From the IMG/VR virus record IMGVR_UViG_3300032331_002448, positions 1 through 64,000 of that record: a stretch of DNA of 64,000 bases. One strand, written 5' to 3'. The notes under the pieces are model-generated. The model was not told where the DNA came from. It ran no database searches and was given only the letters and a program-made list of their open reading frames with translations. Made by a program: the position numbers and the translations under genes. Positions 1-8,632 of this stretch are shown here, piece after piece (position 1 is the stretch's first letter; each line of letters begins with the position of its first letter). Origin of the DNA: a virus.

Positions 1-279
1 GTCAACAATGATGGATTTGTTTGCAACCAAGCTGGAATTAATTACGACGAAGGCGATGAGTCCTCAACGGACGATTATCCAACAACGCAGTTAAAACCTG
101 GCACATACAGCATTTTAATCACAAATGATATTCGCTATTTGGAAACAACGTATAGCATTACAATCCAGTCCTCTTTGACAGACTGGCGCTATGTCACTGA
201 AGGTCTGACCGATTCATTTGATTTTGGTAGCGTAACGGATCCAGTGGAAGGTTCTATTGATTACGGAACCGTTAAATAA
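1..279 (+). CDS. Partial (5'-truncated) hypothetical protein, probably structural
   Basis: Open frame from base 1 to TAA 277-279, ending in FDFGSV..IDYGTV as in cyanophage virion proteins. Confidence 0.55.
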   Translation, partial: VNNDGFVCNQAGINYDEGDESSTDDYPTTQLKPGTYSILITNDIRYLETTYSITIQSSLTDWRYVTEGLTDSFDFGSVTDPVEGSIDYGTVK

Positions 280-310
280 CTGCTAGACTGCAAGAAGCTT
301 GCAAATAACA

Positions 311-484
311 ATGGAGTACATTACCCTTCAGGATTTTGAAGAGAACTTTGACTTCATCTTAGATGATGTGCAAGCAAGTAAAGTTCATTACCAAATTGAA
401 TTGCCAAACGGTAATGCTGTAGTTTTGCTGCCAGCAGAAGATTATCAGTTCTTAAAAAACACCTATGAGGATTCGATTAAGTAA
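311..484 (+). CDS. Phd/YefM antitoxin-like small protein
   Basis: ITLQDFEENFDFILDDV..YQI..GNAVVLLPAEDY fits the Phd/YefM pattern; ATG 311 preferred over TTG 299. Confidence 0.55.
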   Translation: MEYITLQDFEENFDFILDDVQASKVHYQIELPNGNAVVLLPAEDYQFLKNTYEDSIK

Positions 485-487
485 TCC

Positions 488-889
488 TTAAACCATCCTC
501 TTATCTAGTTCAGACTCGGTTGGGCCATAAACCCAGCCTGGAGTTTGATAACCAGGTTCTGGAGCACCTGCAGCGGGGCCTGCAGCAGAACGCGCTTTTG
601 CTTTAGCAAGTAAATCTTTTGTTACATCTTTTAATTCTGGGCTAGCTTGCGACGGAAGGCTGCCTTGATACGCAGCAATTTCTAAAAGATTACGATCTAA
701 ATTGCGCTGACCAATTTGCTCTGGTGTGCCAACTTGAGCTTCAAGTCGCTTGTTAGCAGCAACACTTTGGTCGTAGTAACTTTTACCTAATCTTGCTAAA
801 GCCTGGTACGATTCAATTGGATTCTTTGCCTGCATTACGGTAGCCGTTGCAGGGGGTGAATTGACAATTGTCGGGGGTGATCCGCCCAT
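488..889 (-). CDS. Hypothetical protein, MGGSPP N-terminus (putative virion protein)
   Basis: 133 aa ORF; N-terminus resembles that of 32875..34041. Confidence 0.6.
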   Translation of the reverse strand: MGGSPPTIVNSPPATATVMQAKNPIESYQALARLGKSYYDQSVAANKRLEAQVGTPEQIGQRNLDRNLLEIAAYQGSLPSQASPELKDVTKDLLAKAKARSAAGPAAGAPEPGYQTPGWVYGPTESELDKRMV

Positions 890-949
890 ACAAACTCACT
901 TAAAACGCACTTCTATGCTAATTTTACTGTCAATAAACTTGTATAGATT

Positions 950-1294
950 TTGAGCGCCAATAACTCCGACAGGCAGGAAAATCAAGATCAGAAGGAGTTC
1001 GGCCCAGGTGATAGTCCGACGCATAGCAATAGTCCGTTTAAGTCAGAGTTTAGCGTATTGCTTGACAGTTTGTCTACCAGAGCCCTAGAGCATTTGTCAA
1101 CAACCCAACAAAAGAACTTGGCTAAGGCGCTTTGGGAAGCGTGCAATGTAGTAAAAAACCCTACGCCAGCGGACTACAGGAACCAAGAACCAATACATAA
1201 ATACTACAAGTGGGTTCTTTTGATGGAACATGAAGAGCAGTGGCGCCAGCACAATGTTGCAAAGGATCAAAAAATTGTTAAACTATCCTCATAA
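950..1294 (+). CDS. Hypothetical protein
   Basis: 114 aa ORF in a compact plus-strand run; start uncertain. Confidence 0.55.
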   Translation: MSANNSDRQENQDQKEFGPGDSPTHSNSPFKSEFSVLLDSLSTRALEHLSTTQQKNLAKALWEACNVVKNPTPADYRNQEPIHKYYKWVLLMEHEEQWRQHNVAKDQKIVKLSS

Positions 1295-1305
1295 AGATAA
1301 TTGCA

Positions 1306-1923
1306 ATGCTTGATCTTCCTTGGTTAAAAAATTCCAACTTTGAACAAGGGGAAGAAGAACTTGACTTGGATCTTGCTAGATCAAACAAGTACCTTAGCTA
1401 CCGTTTTAATAGCTTAGATATTAGCAAGGTAACGGTTGACAACTATGAAGAGCATTTAGTTCTATCATTAGCTGAGCAAGTCAGCATGTTTATTCCTCCT
1501 TCAGGGAGTTTTGAAACACCTGACTTGCAACGGTATCTTGAGCTTGTTCAAACCTATGAGACCAGCAGCAATGATCTTGTTCTTGGACTGTCATTAGCAG
1601 ACCAGATCAGGATTACTTTCAGCGATATGAAACCAGCCACGATCTGTGAGAAGTTTCCTGACATTGATCTGGCAACAAAACGCAGGTACCGGTGCGTAGC
1701 TGAGTATTTAATCCGCCAGCAAGAGCTGGAGAAGGTAAAAGATGAGCGTGGAAAGCTCGTTAAAAAAGTAGGAAACATGGGTAAACTGGTGGTTATCTAC
1801 CAGCCGTTAGAAAAAATTCGCAAGACCCTCCAACGTTCTGGCTTAACTCAATTCATTAAAAATGACCGACCCCCGCAAATCACGAATCTCCAAGCTCTTA
1901 TTGACAACTCCCTCTCAGACTGA
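1306..1923 (+). CDS. Hypothetical protein (possibly DNA-binding)
   Basis: 205 aa ORF with basic C-terminal half. Confidence 0.75.
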   Translation: MLDLPWLKNSNFEQGEEELDLDLARSNKYLSYRFNSLDISKVTVDNYEEHLVLSLAEQVSMFIPPSGSFETPDLQRYLELVQTYETSSNDLVLGLSLADQIRITFSDMKPATICEKFPDIDLATKRRYRCVAEYLIRQQELEKVKDERGKLVKKVGNMGKLVVIYQPLEKIRKTLQRSGLTQFIKNDRPPQITNLQALIDNSLSD

Positions 1924-2263
1924 GCAACAGATGGCTCAGCTTGTTATGGAGCGGATCTGCGTTGATATGTCAGATCATTATGATAAGTTCTACGCCAACG
2001 AAGGCCCTGGAGCATTGGTGTACATGCCACAGGCAAAGCCAGAGGACTCTGCTTTTTACTTGACGCTGCCTGCTCTGCTGCAAGCTCAACACGACGCAAA
2101 GCAAGAGGAACAGGAAGGTCCAGCTGAGGTTCTGCGTAAGGCCATCGTAGAAGCTGAATCCTTGGTGCCAGGGAAAGGAGCTTTGTTCATCATTCAAGAT
2201 GACAAACAAATGCGGTTGATTCATTACAAACGAGAAGAAGAACGCTCTCCGTTATTCCTATGA
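1862..2263 (+). CDS. Hypothetical protein
   Basis: 133 aa ORF; ATGA overlap with the next gene. Confidence 0.75.
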   Translation: MTDPRKSRISKLLLTTPSQTEQQMAQLVMERICVDMSDHYDKFYANEGPGALVYMPQAKPEDSAFYLTLPALLQAQHDAKQEEQEGPAEVLRKAIVEAESLVPGKGALFIIQDDKQMRLIHYKREEERSPLFL

Positions 2264-2895
2264 AGAGCCACATTCTTACCCCTAGAGAAAAAAGAAACAG
2301 GTTTTACAACGCCTCTAGGGTTTATGCAATTGATGAGGACTGGTGTACGCCAGCAGAATATCTGCCGTACATTGATGCGGTCCTTGGTGACATTGATCTA
2401 GATCCTTGTACTACTGAAAAGTACAACAAAGAATTTATTAGAGCAAAACAAATTTACACCCCCAAGGAAGATGGATTAAACATCCAAGATCCTTGGGTTG
2501 GTGTCACCTATTTGTTTCCTCCTACCTATGGGCGTTGCTCATGGAACAAGGTCAGAGGCACCTGGCGCTGGGGCTTTAGGGCAGGGCCTACATCCATGGC
2601 ACCAACCAAAGCATGGTTCCTGCGACTAGAGCGAGAATGGAAGCTGAGGAACATTCCAGAAGCTCTGATGTACTCAACAAACCATGAGTGCTTAAGAAAT
2701 TGTCAGAATATCTGGGACTATCCGGTTTGTTTTCCCAAGGATCGGCCCTTGCTTATTCATGGTAAGCACATTACCAAAGTAAAGATCCCTTTTACTTGGG
2801 GTTATTTTGTTTATTTGCCAAAGCTAGAGCACGGTTTCAATCAAGTTGACAGATTCAAAGAGGTGTTCTCTCACCTTGGCAAAGTAATTTGTTAA
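2260..2895 (+). CDS. Phage N6-adenine DNA methyltransferase-like protein with atypical catalytic motif
   Basis: DEDWCTP, IDLDPC, YTPKEDGL..W motifs of the phage Dam-like family; FPPTY replaces NPPY. Confidence 0.65.
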   Translation: MKSHILTPREKRNRFYNASRVYAIDEDWCTPAEYLPYIDAVLGDIDLDPCTTEKYNKEFIRAKQIYTPKEDGLNIQDPWVGVTYLFPPTYGRCSWNKVRGTWRWGFRAGPTSMAPTKAWFLRLEREWKLRNIPEALMYSTNHECLRNCQNIWDYPVCFPKDRPLLIHGKHITKVKIPFTWGYFVYLPKLEHGFNQVDRFKEVFSHLGKVIC

Positions 2896-3170
2896 CTAGG
2901 TGTAACCCTAAAAGGATTTCTAAAGGAAATTCTGCTGTCGGTATTGGTGATTTGAGTTGGCATCTGAGCAGTCGAAACGGTTCCTCCCATGCCGCCAAAA
3001 ACAAACCTACCTTGTTGTTCCCTGGTGTTACCTATACGGTTAATATCTGATTCACGTTTCCGTTCTATATATTTTTGCAAGAACTTAACACCAGAGTCAT
3101 CATCAACAGCACGCTCAACACCGCGATAGCGGTTGTCAACGCCGTGAGTTGTGCTAGTCTGTGGTCTCAT
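2892..3170 (-). CDS. Hypothetical protein
   Basis: 92 aa ORF with ATG start. Confidence 0.55.
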   Translation of the reverse strand: MRPQTSTTHGVDNRYRGVERAVDDDSGVKFLQKYIERKRESDINRIGNTREQQGRFVFGGMGGTVSTAQMPTQITNTDSRISFRNPFRVTPS

Positions 3171-3186
3171 ACCACCAGTTTAAACT

Positions 3187-3483
3187 GTGGCAACCCAATA
3201 CGTAGAAACAGCAGATCAAATTGAATCTGTATGCGATTCAATTAAGATCTTGTTGTTAGACAAAAATAAACGATATGGTGATTCAGCTTTAAATCCAACC
3301 AGGATTTTTAGTAAAGCTGATAGCGTTGAGCAACTTCTTGTTCGCATTGACGATAAACTTAACCGCATTCAAAAAGGTGCTGGGTTACTTGAAACAGACG
3401 AGGATGTTGTAGTTGACCTTATTGGTTACTTGGTCCTTCTTAAGATTGCATTGTCCCGCAAGATCTTAACCCATGATTTATGA
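3187..3483 (+). CDS. DUF1599/Nmad-like helical protein
   Basis: LL.KN.RYGDS..L.VRIDDKLNRI..DLIGYLVL motif. Confidence 0.65.
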   Translation: MATQYVETADQIESVCDSIKILLLDKNKRYGDSALNPTRIFSKADSVEQLLVRIDDKLNRIQKGAGLLETDEDVVVDLIGYLVLLKIALSRKILTHDL

Positions 3484-3628
3484 AGACTTTGTTAAAGCGT
3501 ACTGTCCAGAGTTAGAGCTGATTGACATGCTGGACTGGTTGCAGAACATCACAGGGACCGAGGGGAATCCAATCCCGCAGGCTTTTGATTCCAAAGAAAC
3601 CAAAACCGACGAAGAACTTCTCCGTTAG
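3473..3628 (+). CDS. Small hypothetical protein (not in ORF track)
   Basis: MIYEDFVKAYCPELELIDMLDWL..., 51 aa, overlaps the upstream stop. Confidence 0.4.
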   Translation: MIYEDFVKAYCPELELIDMLDWLQNITGTEGNPIPQAFDSKETKTDEELLR

Positions 3629-4271
3629 TATCCCAATTCAGAAGTTTACCTTCCAGGTAATCAATCGCTTTGATCTGATTAATGCCACCGTGGTAGGTTT
3701 CTGGCACGTTTAAAAAGCACTGTTTAAGCTTGCAATTGTGTGGTACTAGTGTAGGAATTTCTTTGTTTGGCGCCAGGTAAACATTAAGCTCTGCTCTGCG
3801 GCGTGCTTTTAAAAGCGAACTGGCACCAATGTATTGGTTGTTAATGTAAGGTGACCACTCACGAATGATATCATTTTTCTTTGCTCTGTTGTTAATTAGC
3901 TCCAGCAACTTAGATTCCTTAAAAGAAGGAATGCCAATGCTATGCGCGTAACTTAAAACAGCACCGCGTTTGCTTTCGCTTAACGGCATGATGATGTAGT
4001 GCTCTACAAGTTCCGCAAACGGTTTTAAATCTTTTACCAGCTGGCGAACGCAATCTTCTTTATCGACACGCAATCCGCCATAAACTCGATTGCCAAACAT
4101 GTAGGCGCTGTCATAACCAACACGCCAATCGCCTTCAAACTTATCTCGATAAGCTCTGTATTGATCAAACCCTACGCAAACACGTAATTGCGTGTGGCTG
4201 GCAATAAGATCAATAGCGTATTGATTTAAAAATAAAGGCCAGGTACTTGTTTCTTCTTCAGGGAACAACAA
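3549..4271 (-). CDS. Divergent GH24 lysozyme-fold protein
   Basis: AIDLI..AYRD...W.VGY, AVLSYAHSIG..F..S.LL, L.ARRRAE follow the phage lysozyme layout; catalytic Glu appears absent. Confidence 0.65.
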   Translation of the reverse strand: MLFPEEETSTWPLFLNQYAIDLIASHTQLRVCVGFDQYRAYRDKFEGDWRVGYDSAYMFGNRVYGGLRVDKEDCVRQLVKDLKPFAELVEHYIIMPLSESKRGAVLSYAHSIGIPSFKESKLLELINNRAKKNDIIREWSPYINNQYIGASSLLKARRRAELNVYLAPNKEIPTLVPHNCKLKQCFLNVPETYHGGINQIKAIDYLEGKLLNWDTNGEVLRRFWFLWNQKPAGLDSPRSL

Positions 4272-4650
4272 CGCTGCCGTTATAACTCGCTACACTGTAG
4301 TCGTCAAACGTAATTTTTACAACATAAATCTTAGCGGCATTGGTAACGTTCATCGCAACTACACCTTTGCTTTTACCTGCTTTGTCAATATTAAAGAAAG
4401 ACCGGTAACCAGTAGGAGGAGCAGAGCCGTTAATGGCATCTTTTTGAAAGATTTGAATATCTAAGACACCATTACTGCGGTCAACAGTAAAAATAATGTT
4501 GCCAGTTGACTGTGGATCAACTTCAAAGAAGCGAACAGGGATTCCTTTGTCGCCAGGCTGACAACCTTTGTAAGCCAGAAGAACTGGACTGGTATTGTTG
4601 GTAGCCGTAAAAGAATCAAGCGTACCTTTGACTGCGCAGGTTGTTGCCAT
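4258..4650 (-). CDS. Hypothetical beta-rich protein
   Basis: 130 aa ORF in a minus-strand run. Confidence 0.65.
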   Translation of the reverse strand: MATTCAVKGTLDSFTATNNTSPVLLAYKGCQPGDKGIPVRFFEVDPQSTGNIIFTVDRSNGVLDIQIFQKDAINGSAPPTGYRSFFNIDKAGKSKGVVAMNVTNAAKIYVVKITFDDYSVASYNGSVVVP

Positions 4651-4653
4651 GGC

Positions 4654-4875
4654 TCAAGAAAGTTCGTTCTTATTTAAAAATTTCAGACTGATGGTGGCAT
4701 CAATGCCATGATCTTTCAGAATATTTAAGAACAACTGCTGCTCTACCATTTTCTGATGAAGCATGTCAATGAAAGCTTCTTCCAACTCGTCACGATCAAG
4801 TTGACGAATTGCCAGAGCTGTGGCGTGGACCCTGAACTCATTGTCCATAGATAGCTCCAGGACATTGGTTTCCAT
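4654..4875 (-). CDS. nblA: NblA-like phycobilisome degradation protein
   Basis: LELSMDNEF..AIRQLDRDELEEAFIDMLHQKMV..ILK matches the NblA pattern (LSLEQQF..Q..S.EQA...L..Q.M....LLK). Confidence 0.65.
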   Translation of the reverse strand: METNVLELSMDNEFRVHATALAIRQLDRDELEEAFIDMLHQKMVEQQLFLNILKDHGIDATISLKFLNKNELS

Positions 4876-4962
4876 CAGTGCTTACCAATCTTGTTTTAAT
4901 CTTAGCAGAAATAAACTGAGTTGCCTTGAGCCCACGCAATGCGCTGTTGGGTTGGCTTGAGG

Positions 4963-5118
4963 CTACACGGTGTACCTGTGACGCTCAGCAGCGGTGCCAG
5001 GGACGTCGTTGGTAAAAGCTGGGTAGTCCTCACCTTCTTCAAACATCGCGTGAGCGGTGGATGCCTGGAGGTTCTGCAGATACTGATTTAAAAATTCTTT
5101 CTCTGTGGTGTCGGGCAT
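4963..5118 (-). CDS. Small hypothetical protein
   Basis: MPDTTEKEFLNQYL...; ATG 5118. Confidence 0.5.
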   Translation of the reverse strand: MPDTTEKEFLNQYLQNLQASTAHAMFEEGEDYPAFTNDVPGTAAERHRYTV

Positions 5119-5255
5119 AATTTTTATTTTGGTATGTGAAAGCCAAGGTTGCGGACAGGTATGCGCCAACAAAAGTTAAGGCTGCTAACAATAAGCTGGG
5201 CATACTTGCGTTTGCTTTTCAAATCTTGTAACATTTTAAGAGCAACAACCTACAG

Positions 5256-6053
5256 ATGGAACAAGAAGAACTGCTACAACAACTGAGGCATTCAGCATCT
5301 GTTGGCGTATCAAAAACAAGTTTAATCAATTATCTGAAAGAACTTAAATATACTGATTCAGAGATTAGGCGGCTGTTAAATAAGTTAAATTTAAAATCAC
5401 GACCCAAAGGTATAAACTATAGCTACTTTTATTTCTGCCCAATTCATCCTGAAGCAGTTCAACTTTCAAAACCTAAGTACAATACTCAAATTTATTCTCT
5501 TGATAATTTTCTATCAGAAGATGAATGCAATCATTTGACAGGAATTATTGATACAATTCAACGGCCATCTACAGTGGCTGACCCTAAAGATTCCAATGTT
5601 GTCAATCGGCATAGGACCAGCCAAACTGCTGATTTGCATACATTAGGGGATCCAGTCATCTCTATGGTGAACTACAAACTTGCAGAGCTGCTCGACCTAG
5701 ATTACAATTTAGGAGAAGCAATTCAAGGTCAAAAATATCTACCAGGGCAATACTATAAAGCCCATACAGATTTTTTCCGGTATCACACTAGAGAGCACAA
5801 GGTTTATACAGAATGGATGGGCCAACGTACCTGGACCACAATGATTTACTTGAATGATGTAGAAGAAGGTGGGGAAACTTACTTTAAGTATTTATATTTA
5901 AAAGTTAAACCAAAACGCGGTACTGTTGTGTTCTGGAATAATTTGTTTCAGAATGGCAGGCCAAATCAAAAAACTTTGCATGAAGCACTGCCTCCAACAT
6001 CGGAAACAAAGTACGTTATTACAAAGTGGTGGCGCAGCTGGCCAGTAATCTAG
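5256..6053 (+). CDS. 2OG-Fe(II) oxygenase, prolyl 4-hydroxylase family
   Basis: NFLSEDEC, RTSQT, Y.AHTD (HxD), QRTWT.MIYLNDVEEGGETYF, LHEALP, KYVITKW. Confidence 0.9.
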   Translation: MEQEELLQQLRHSASVGVSKTSLINYLKELKYTDSEIRRLLNKLNLKSRPKGINYSYFYFCPIHPEAVQLSKPKYNTQIYSLDNFLSEDECNHLTGIIDTIQRPSTVADPKDSNVVNRHRTSQTADLHTLGDPVISMVNYKLAELLDLDYNLGEAIQGQKYLPGQYYKAHTDFFRYHTREHKVYTEWMGQRTWTTMIYLNDVEEGGETYFKYLYLKVKPKRGTVVFWNNLFQNGRPNQKTLHEALPPTSETKYVITKWWRSWPVI

Positions 6054-6394
6054 TTAGCTGCAATAGTAAAAGTTACTTCAGCATCTGTGCCACCGGACTC
6101 ATCAAAGAAGGTGGCACGTAACTTTTTCATTGGGAATCCGGCGACATTGTATGCGTAGGTTCCGTTACGCAGGATTTCATTAGAGATCATGGCGCCAAAA
6201 TTGCTACCATCGGTAGTGCCATCCAGACGCACAACAACTCGACTATTAATGTTGTTAACAGTTGCTGTTAATGTGTAGTTCCGAGTAGAGAGGTAATTCG
6301 GAACATAAACATCTACAACATCAGTAGACCCTGGTGCGGTTAGTTTTGGAAACGCAAAGAATACTGTTTGCTGATAACTTTCAAAAAAACTCAT
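6050..6394 (-). CDS. Beta-rich virion-like protein, paralog of 6391..6741
   Basis: Shares TVFF..P.LT..G.T and VVVR..G..DG.NF with its neighbour. Confidence 0.7.
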   Translation of the reverse strand: MSFFESYQQTVFFAFPKLTAPGSTDVVDVYVPNYLSTRNYTLTATVNNINSRVVVRLDGTTDGSNFGAMISNEILRNGTYAYNVAGFPMKKLRATFFDESGGTDAEVTFTIAAN

Positions 6395-6741
6395 CGTGCA
6401 GCAACAACAAAGGTTACTGTAGGCGTCCCAGTGCTGATGCTAACAAGGCGGCAACGAACAGCGTACAATGGTGTATTAGCAACAACAAAACCAACCGTTG
6501 TATTGGTTGTAATTGTCGTATCGCCACTGGAGTTTAAATTCCAAAAGTTAACTCCATCCAAGCTGCCTTCATAGCGCACAACAACGTTGGTACCAATGGT
6601 TGCAACAGTTGTTTGGAATGTAAAGTTCTGACCAGAAAAATCATCTGGATCAGCAACAACAAATGTAGCTGTTGTGCCAGTGGTGGTCAAAGGTGCTGGT
6701 TTGAAAAATACTGTATCTAAAAAGATTGGGGACGTTGACAT
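6391..6741 (-). CDS. Beta-rich virion-like protein, paralog of 6050..6394
   Basis: Tandem paralog with ATGA overlap. Confidence 0.7.
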   Translation of the reverse strand: MSTSPIFLDTVFFKPAPLTTTGTTATFVVADPDDFSGQNFTFQTTVATIGTNVVVRYEGSLDGVNFWNLNSSGDTTITTNTTVGFVVANTPLYAVRCRLVSISTGTPTVTFVVAAR

Positions 6742-6745
6742 TGCT

Positions 6746-7237
6746 TCAGCTCCTGTAATCTAATGTTGATTTTAACAGCCATTGAAATTTCTTATGGGCA
6801 CGACCACGTTCAACAGCAAGATCTAAGGTAAGTTGGTCGCCAGCTTTTTCAGCTTCAGCAGCTAATTCTTCGCAGTTAATTGCCAACAGGTTATGGTTTT
6901 TTGCCAGCTGTAGAATCAAGCCGTCTTGATCAAAGCAATCTTCCGGGAGCTTCTCAAAGGTTGAGTAAGTTAAATCTTCTACAGACTTAGGTGCGCTGAT
7001 ATTCAATGATCGAATGTGTTCAGCAATTGTGTCAATTCCTTCTTGCATCTCTTCATAAATCATTTCAGTTAATTTATGAATAGAAAAGAATTTGGAACCC
7101 ATTAGATTCCAATGAACAATTGTTGTTTGATGGTACACGTAAGTGCTATCACGCAACAGTTGAACCAGAGAACAATGACAAGAACTGGACTTGTCTGTAG
7201 ACTTAACCATTTTTGCTTTAGTAATTTGGTTTACCAT
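6746..7237 (-). CDS. dps: Dps/ferritin-like protein
   Basis: HWNLMG..FFSIH..Y.E....D.IAEHIR and H.K..WLL Dps motifs. Confidence 0.9.
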   Translation of the reverse strand: MVNQITKAKMVKSTDKSSSCHCSLVQLLRDSTYVYHQTTIVHWNLMGSKFFSIHKLTEMIYEEMQEGIDTIAEHIRSLNISAPKSVEDLTYSTFEKLPEDCFDQDGLILQLAKNHNLLAINCEELAAEAEKAGDQLTLDLAVERGRAHKKFQWLLKSTLDYRS

Positions 7238-7247
7238 TTGTGTTTAT

Positions 7248-7535
7248 TCACCATTTTACCTGCGAACTCCACCACGCCGCCGACATTTTTCCTTTCCTAA
7301 TGTTAGCCGCATGACGTGCTTTAAACCGTTTACGACGGTTTGCATAAGCTTCTGATTCACCTTCTTTAGGCGGTGAACCTTTAACACCTTGTTGACCAAA
7401 GCGAATGATTTTTTCTTCACCACCTTCACACGCTTTAACAACGTGACTTTTAGTTGGATGGCTAGGTGTGCTTTGAGGTGAGTTACACTTCATACGTTCT
7501 TTAGCCAGGTGTTTAGCTTTTGCGTGATCAGCCAT
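7248..7535 (-). CDS. Basic phage hypothetical protein
   Basis: KIIRFGQQG..RRKRFKARH..SAAWWS..KW, a recurrent phage protein pattern. Confidence 0.7.
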   Translation of the reverse strand: MADHAKAKHLAKERMKCNSPQSTPSHPTKSHVVKACEGGEEKIIRFGQQGVKGSPPKEGESEAYANRRKRFKARHAANIRKGKMSAAWWSSQVKW

Positions 7536-7537
7536 GA

Positions 7538-7726
7538 TTAACCCATGTAATCCCGTTGACGTTCATAGGAAGTTATTTCCATATTTGGTTGACCATTATC
7601 AATTTGCTTTAACGAATCAGGAATACGTTCTTTTTTGTGCTCTTCAATAACCTGCGCAACTGCGTCAGCATATAATCGAGCAAATGCCGCAGGATTTCTA
7701 ACAGGCTGCCCAACAGATTCCAACAT
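7538..7726 (-). CDS. Hypothetical protein
   Basis: 62 aa ORF within operon. Confidence 0.5.
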   Translation of the reverse strand: MLESVGQPVRNPAAFARLYADAVAQVIEEHKKERIPDSLKQIDNGQPNMEITSYERQRDYMG

Positions 7727-8111
7727 CGTTAACTAAGGTAGGCCGCGCTTGTTCTGAAAGCGTTGCTAAAGGTACAGAACAGCTTGGTTGTTCAAGCCAC
7801 GCTTTTATTTTACTAGCCCTTTGCTTTGAATAGTTAGGGTGAGTTTCATTGTAGTAATCAAAAACTAAAGCAGATGCTTTGTTTGAATTACATTTTACGC
7901 AGGCAGCTGCCATGTTGTTCCTGGTGCTTTGCCCTCCTTTGTGTTTAGATTTAATGTGATCAATGGTTGCCGAGTGCTCTGTAAGCTGGCAATCACAATA
8001 AGCACACTTCCATTCCCAAGCTTCAAAAATGCTTTGTCTGAAACGTTTTCTAGCGGCTTTAGGACTTAAGACAATTAAGTTAGCAAGCAGTTCACGTTCA
8101 GAATGAAACAT
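7698..8111 (-). CDS. HNH endonuclease (McrA-like)
   Basis: CAYC..TIDH...HKGG....N...ACVKCN..K. Confidence 0.9.
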   Translation of the reverse strand: MFHSERELLANLIVLSPKAARKRFRQSIFEAWEWKCAYCDCQLTEHSATIDHIKSKHKGGQSTRNNMAAACVKCNSNKASALVFDYYNETHPNYSKQRASKIKAWLEQPSCSVPLATLSEQARPTLVNDVGICWAAC

Positions 8112-8181
8112 AAATGTTTACAATCTCTAACATGAAATTACGGTGCATACACCTTTCCAGTGCGCTAAGCTTGTAGCGGAT

Positions 8182-8254
8182 GCCCGAGTAGCCCAGCGGA
8201 AGAGGCAAGGACCTTAAAAGTCCTTCAGCGTGAGTTCAAATCTCACCTCGGGTA
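8182..8254 (+). tRNA. tRNA-Leu(TAA) with short variable loop, no encoded CCA
   Basis: Acceptor GCCCGAG/CTCGGGT; anticodon arm AGGAC-CTTAAAA-GTCCT; T arm GTGAG-TTCAAAT-CTCAC. Confidence 0.8.
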
Positions 8255-8257
8255 TTT

Positions 8258-8331
8258 CGGAACGTAGCTCAGCTTGGTAGAGCTTCGTCTTTGGGAGGCG
8301 AATGTCGCAGGTTCAAATCCTGTCGTTCCGA
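8258..8331 (+). tRNA. tRNA-Pro(TGG)
   Basis: CGGAACG/CGTTCCG acceptor; loop TTTGGGA; GGTTCAAATCC. Confidence 0.92.
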
Positions 8332-8333
8332 CC

Positions 8334-8405
8334 GCCGGATTAGCTCAGTGGTAGAGCAACGCTTTTGTAAAGCGTAGGCCAACGGTTCAAATCCGTTATC
8401 CGGCT
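8334..8405 (+). tRNA. tRNA-Thr(TGT)
   Basis: GCCGGAT/ATCCGGC acceptor; ACGCT-TTTGTAA-AGCGT; GGTTCAAATCC. Confidence 0.92.
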
Positions 8406-8605
8406 TATCCAGCAATAGTCAGATCACTGGCTTCTTGTTCTTCTTGTTTCTGCTCAAGCACTGCATGATATTCAAGTGCACCAGCAATTTTCAAAAACCG
8501 TTCTTTTGCTTGCATTAGCTTTTGCTCGTGCTCGCGGATTTCAGATGCGGTTTGCTCCAGCTGAGCAGTCAGATCTTCTTTGAAGCTTTTCAGGGTTTCT
8601 TCCAT
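8405..8605 (-). CDS. Small coiled-coil protein
   Basis: Heptad-rich ORF; ATG 8605. Confidence 0.6.
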   Translation of the reverse strand: MEETLKSFKEDLTAQLEQTASEIREHEQKLMQAKERFLKIAGALEYHAVLEQKQEEQEASDLTIAG

Positions 8606-8632
8606 GGTTAGCAATTAGCTTGTTAAATACTA

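Noticed and set aside
4925-4962. Imperfect hairpin upstream of nblA
   Set aside because: It depends on G-T pairs on the non-coding strand; too weak to call.
8182-8254. Ochre suppressor tRNA (anticodon TTA)
   Set aside because: The 5 bp stem frames the loop CTTAAAA, giving anticodon TAA; TAA stops are used normally in this genome.
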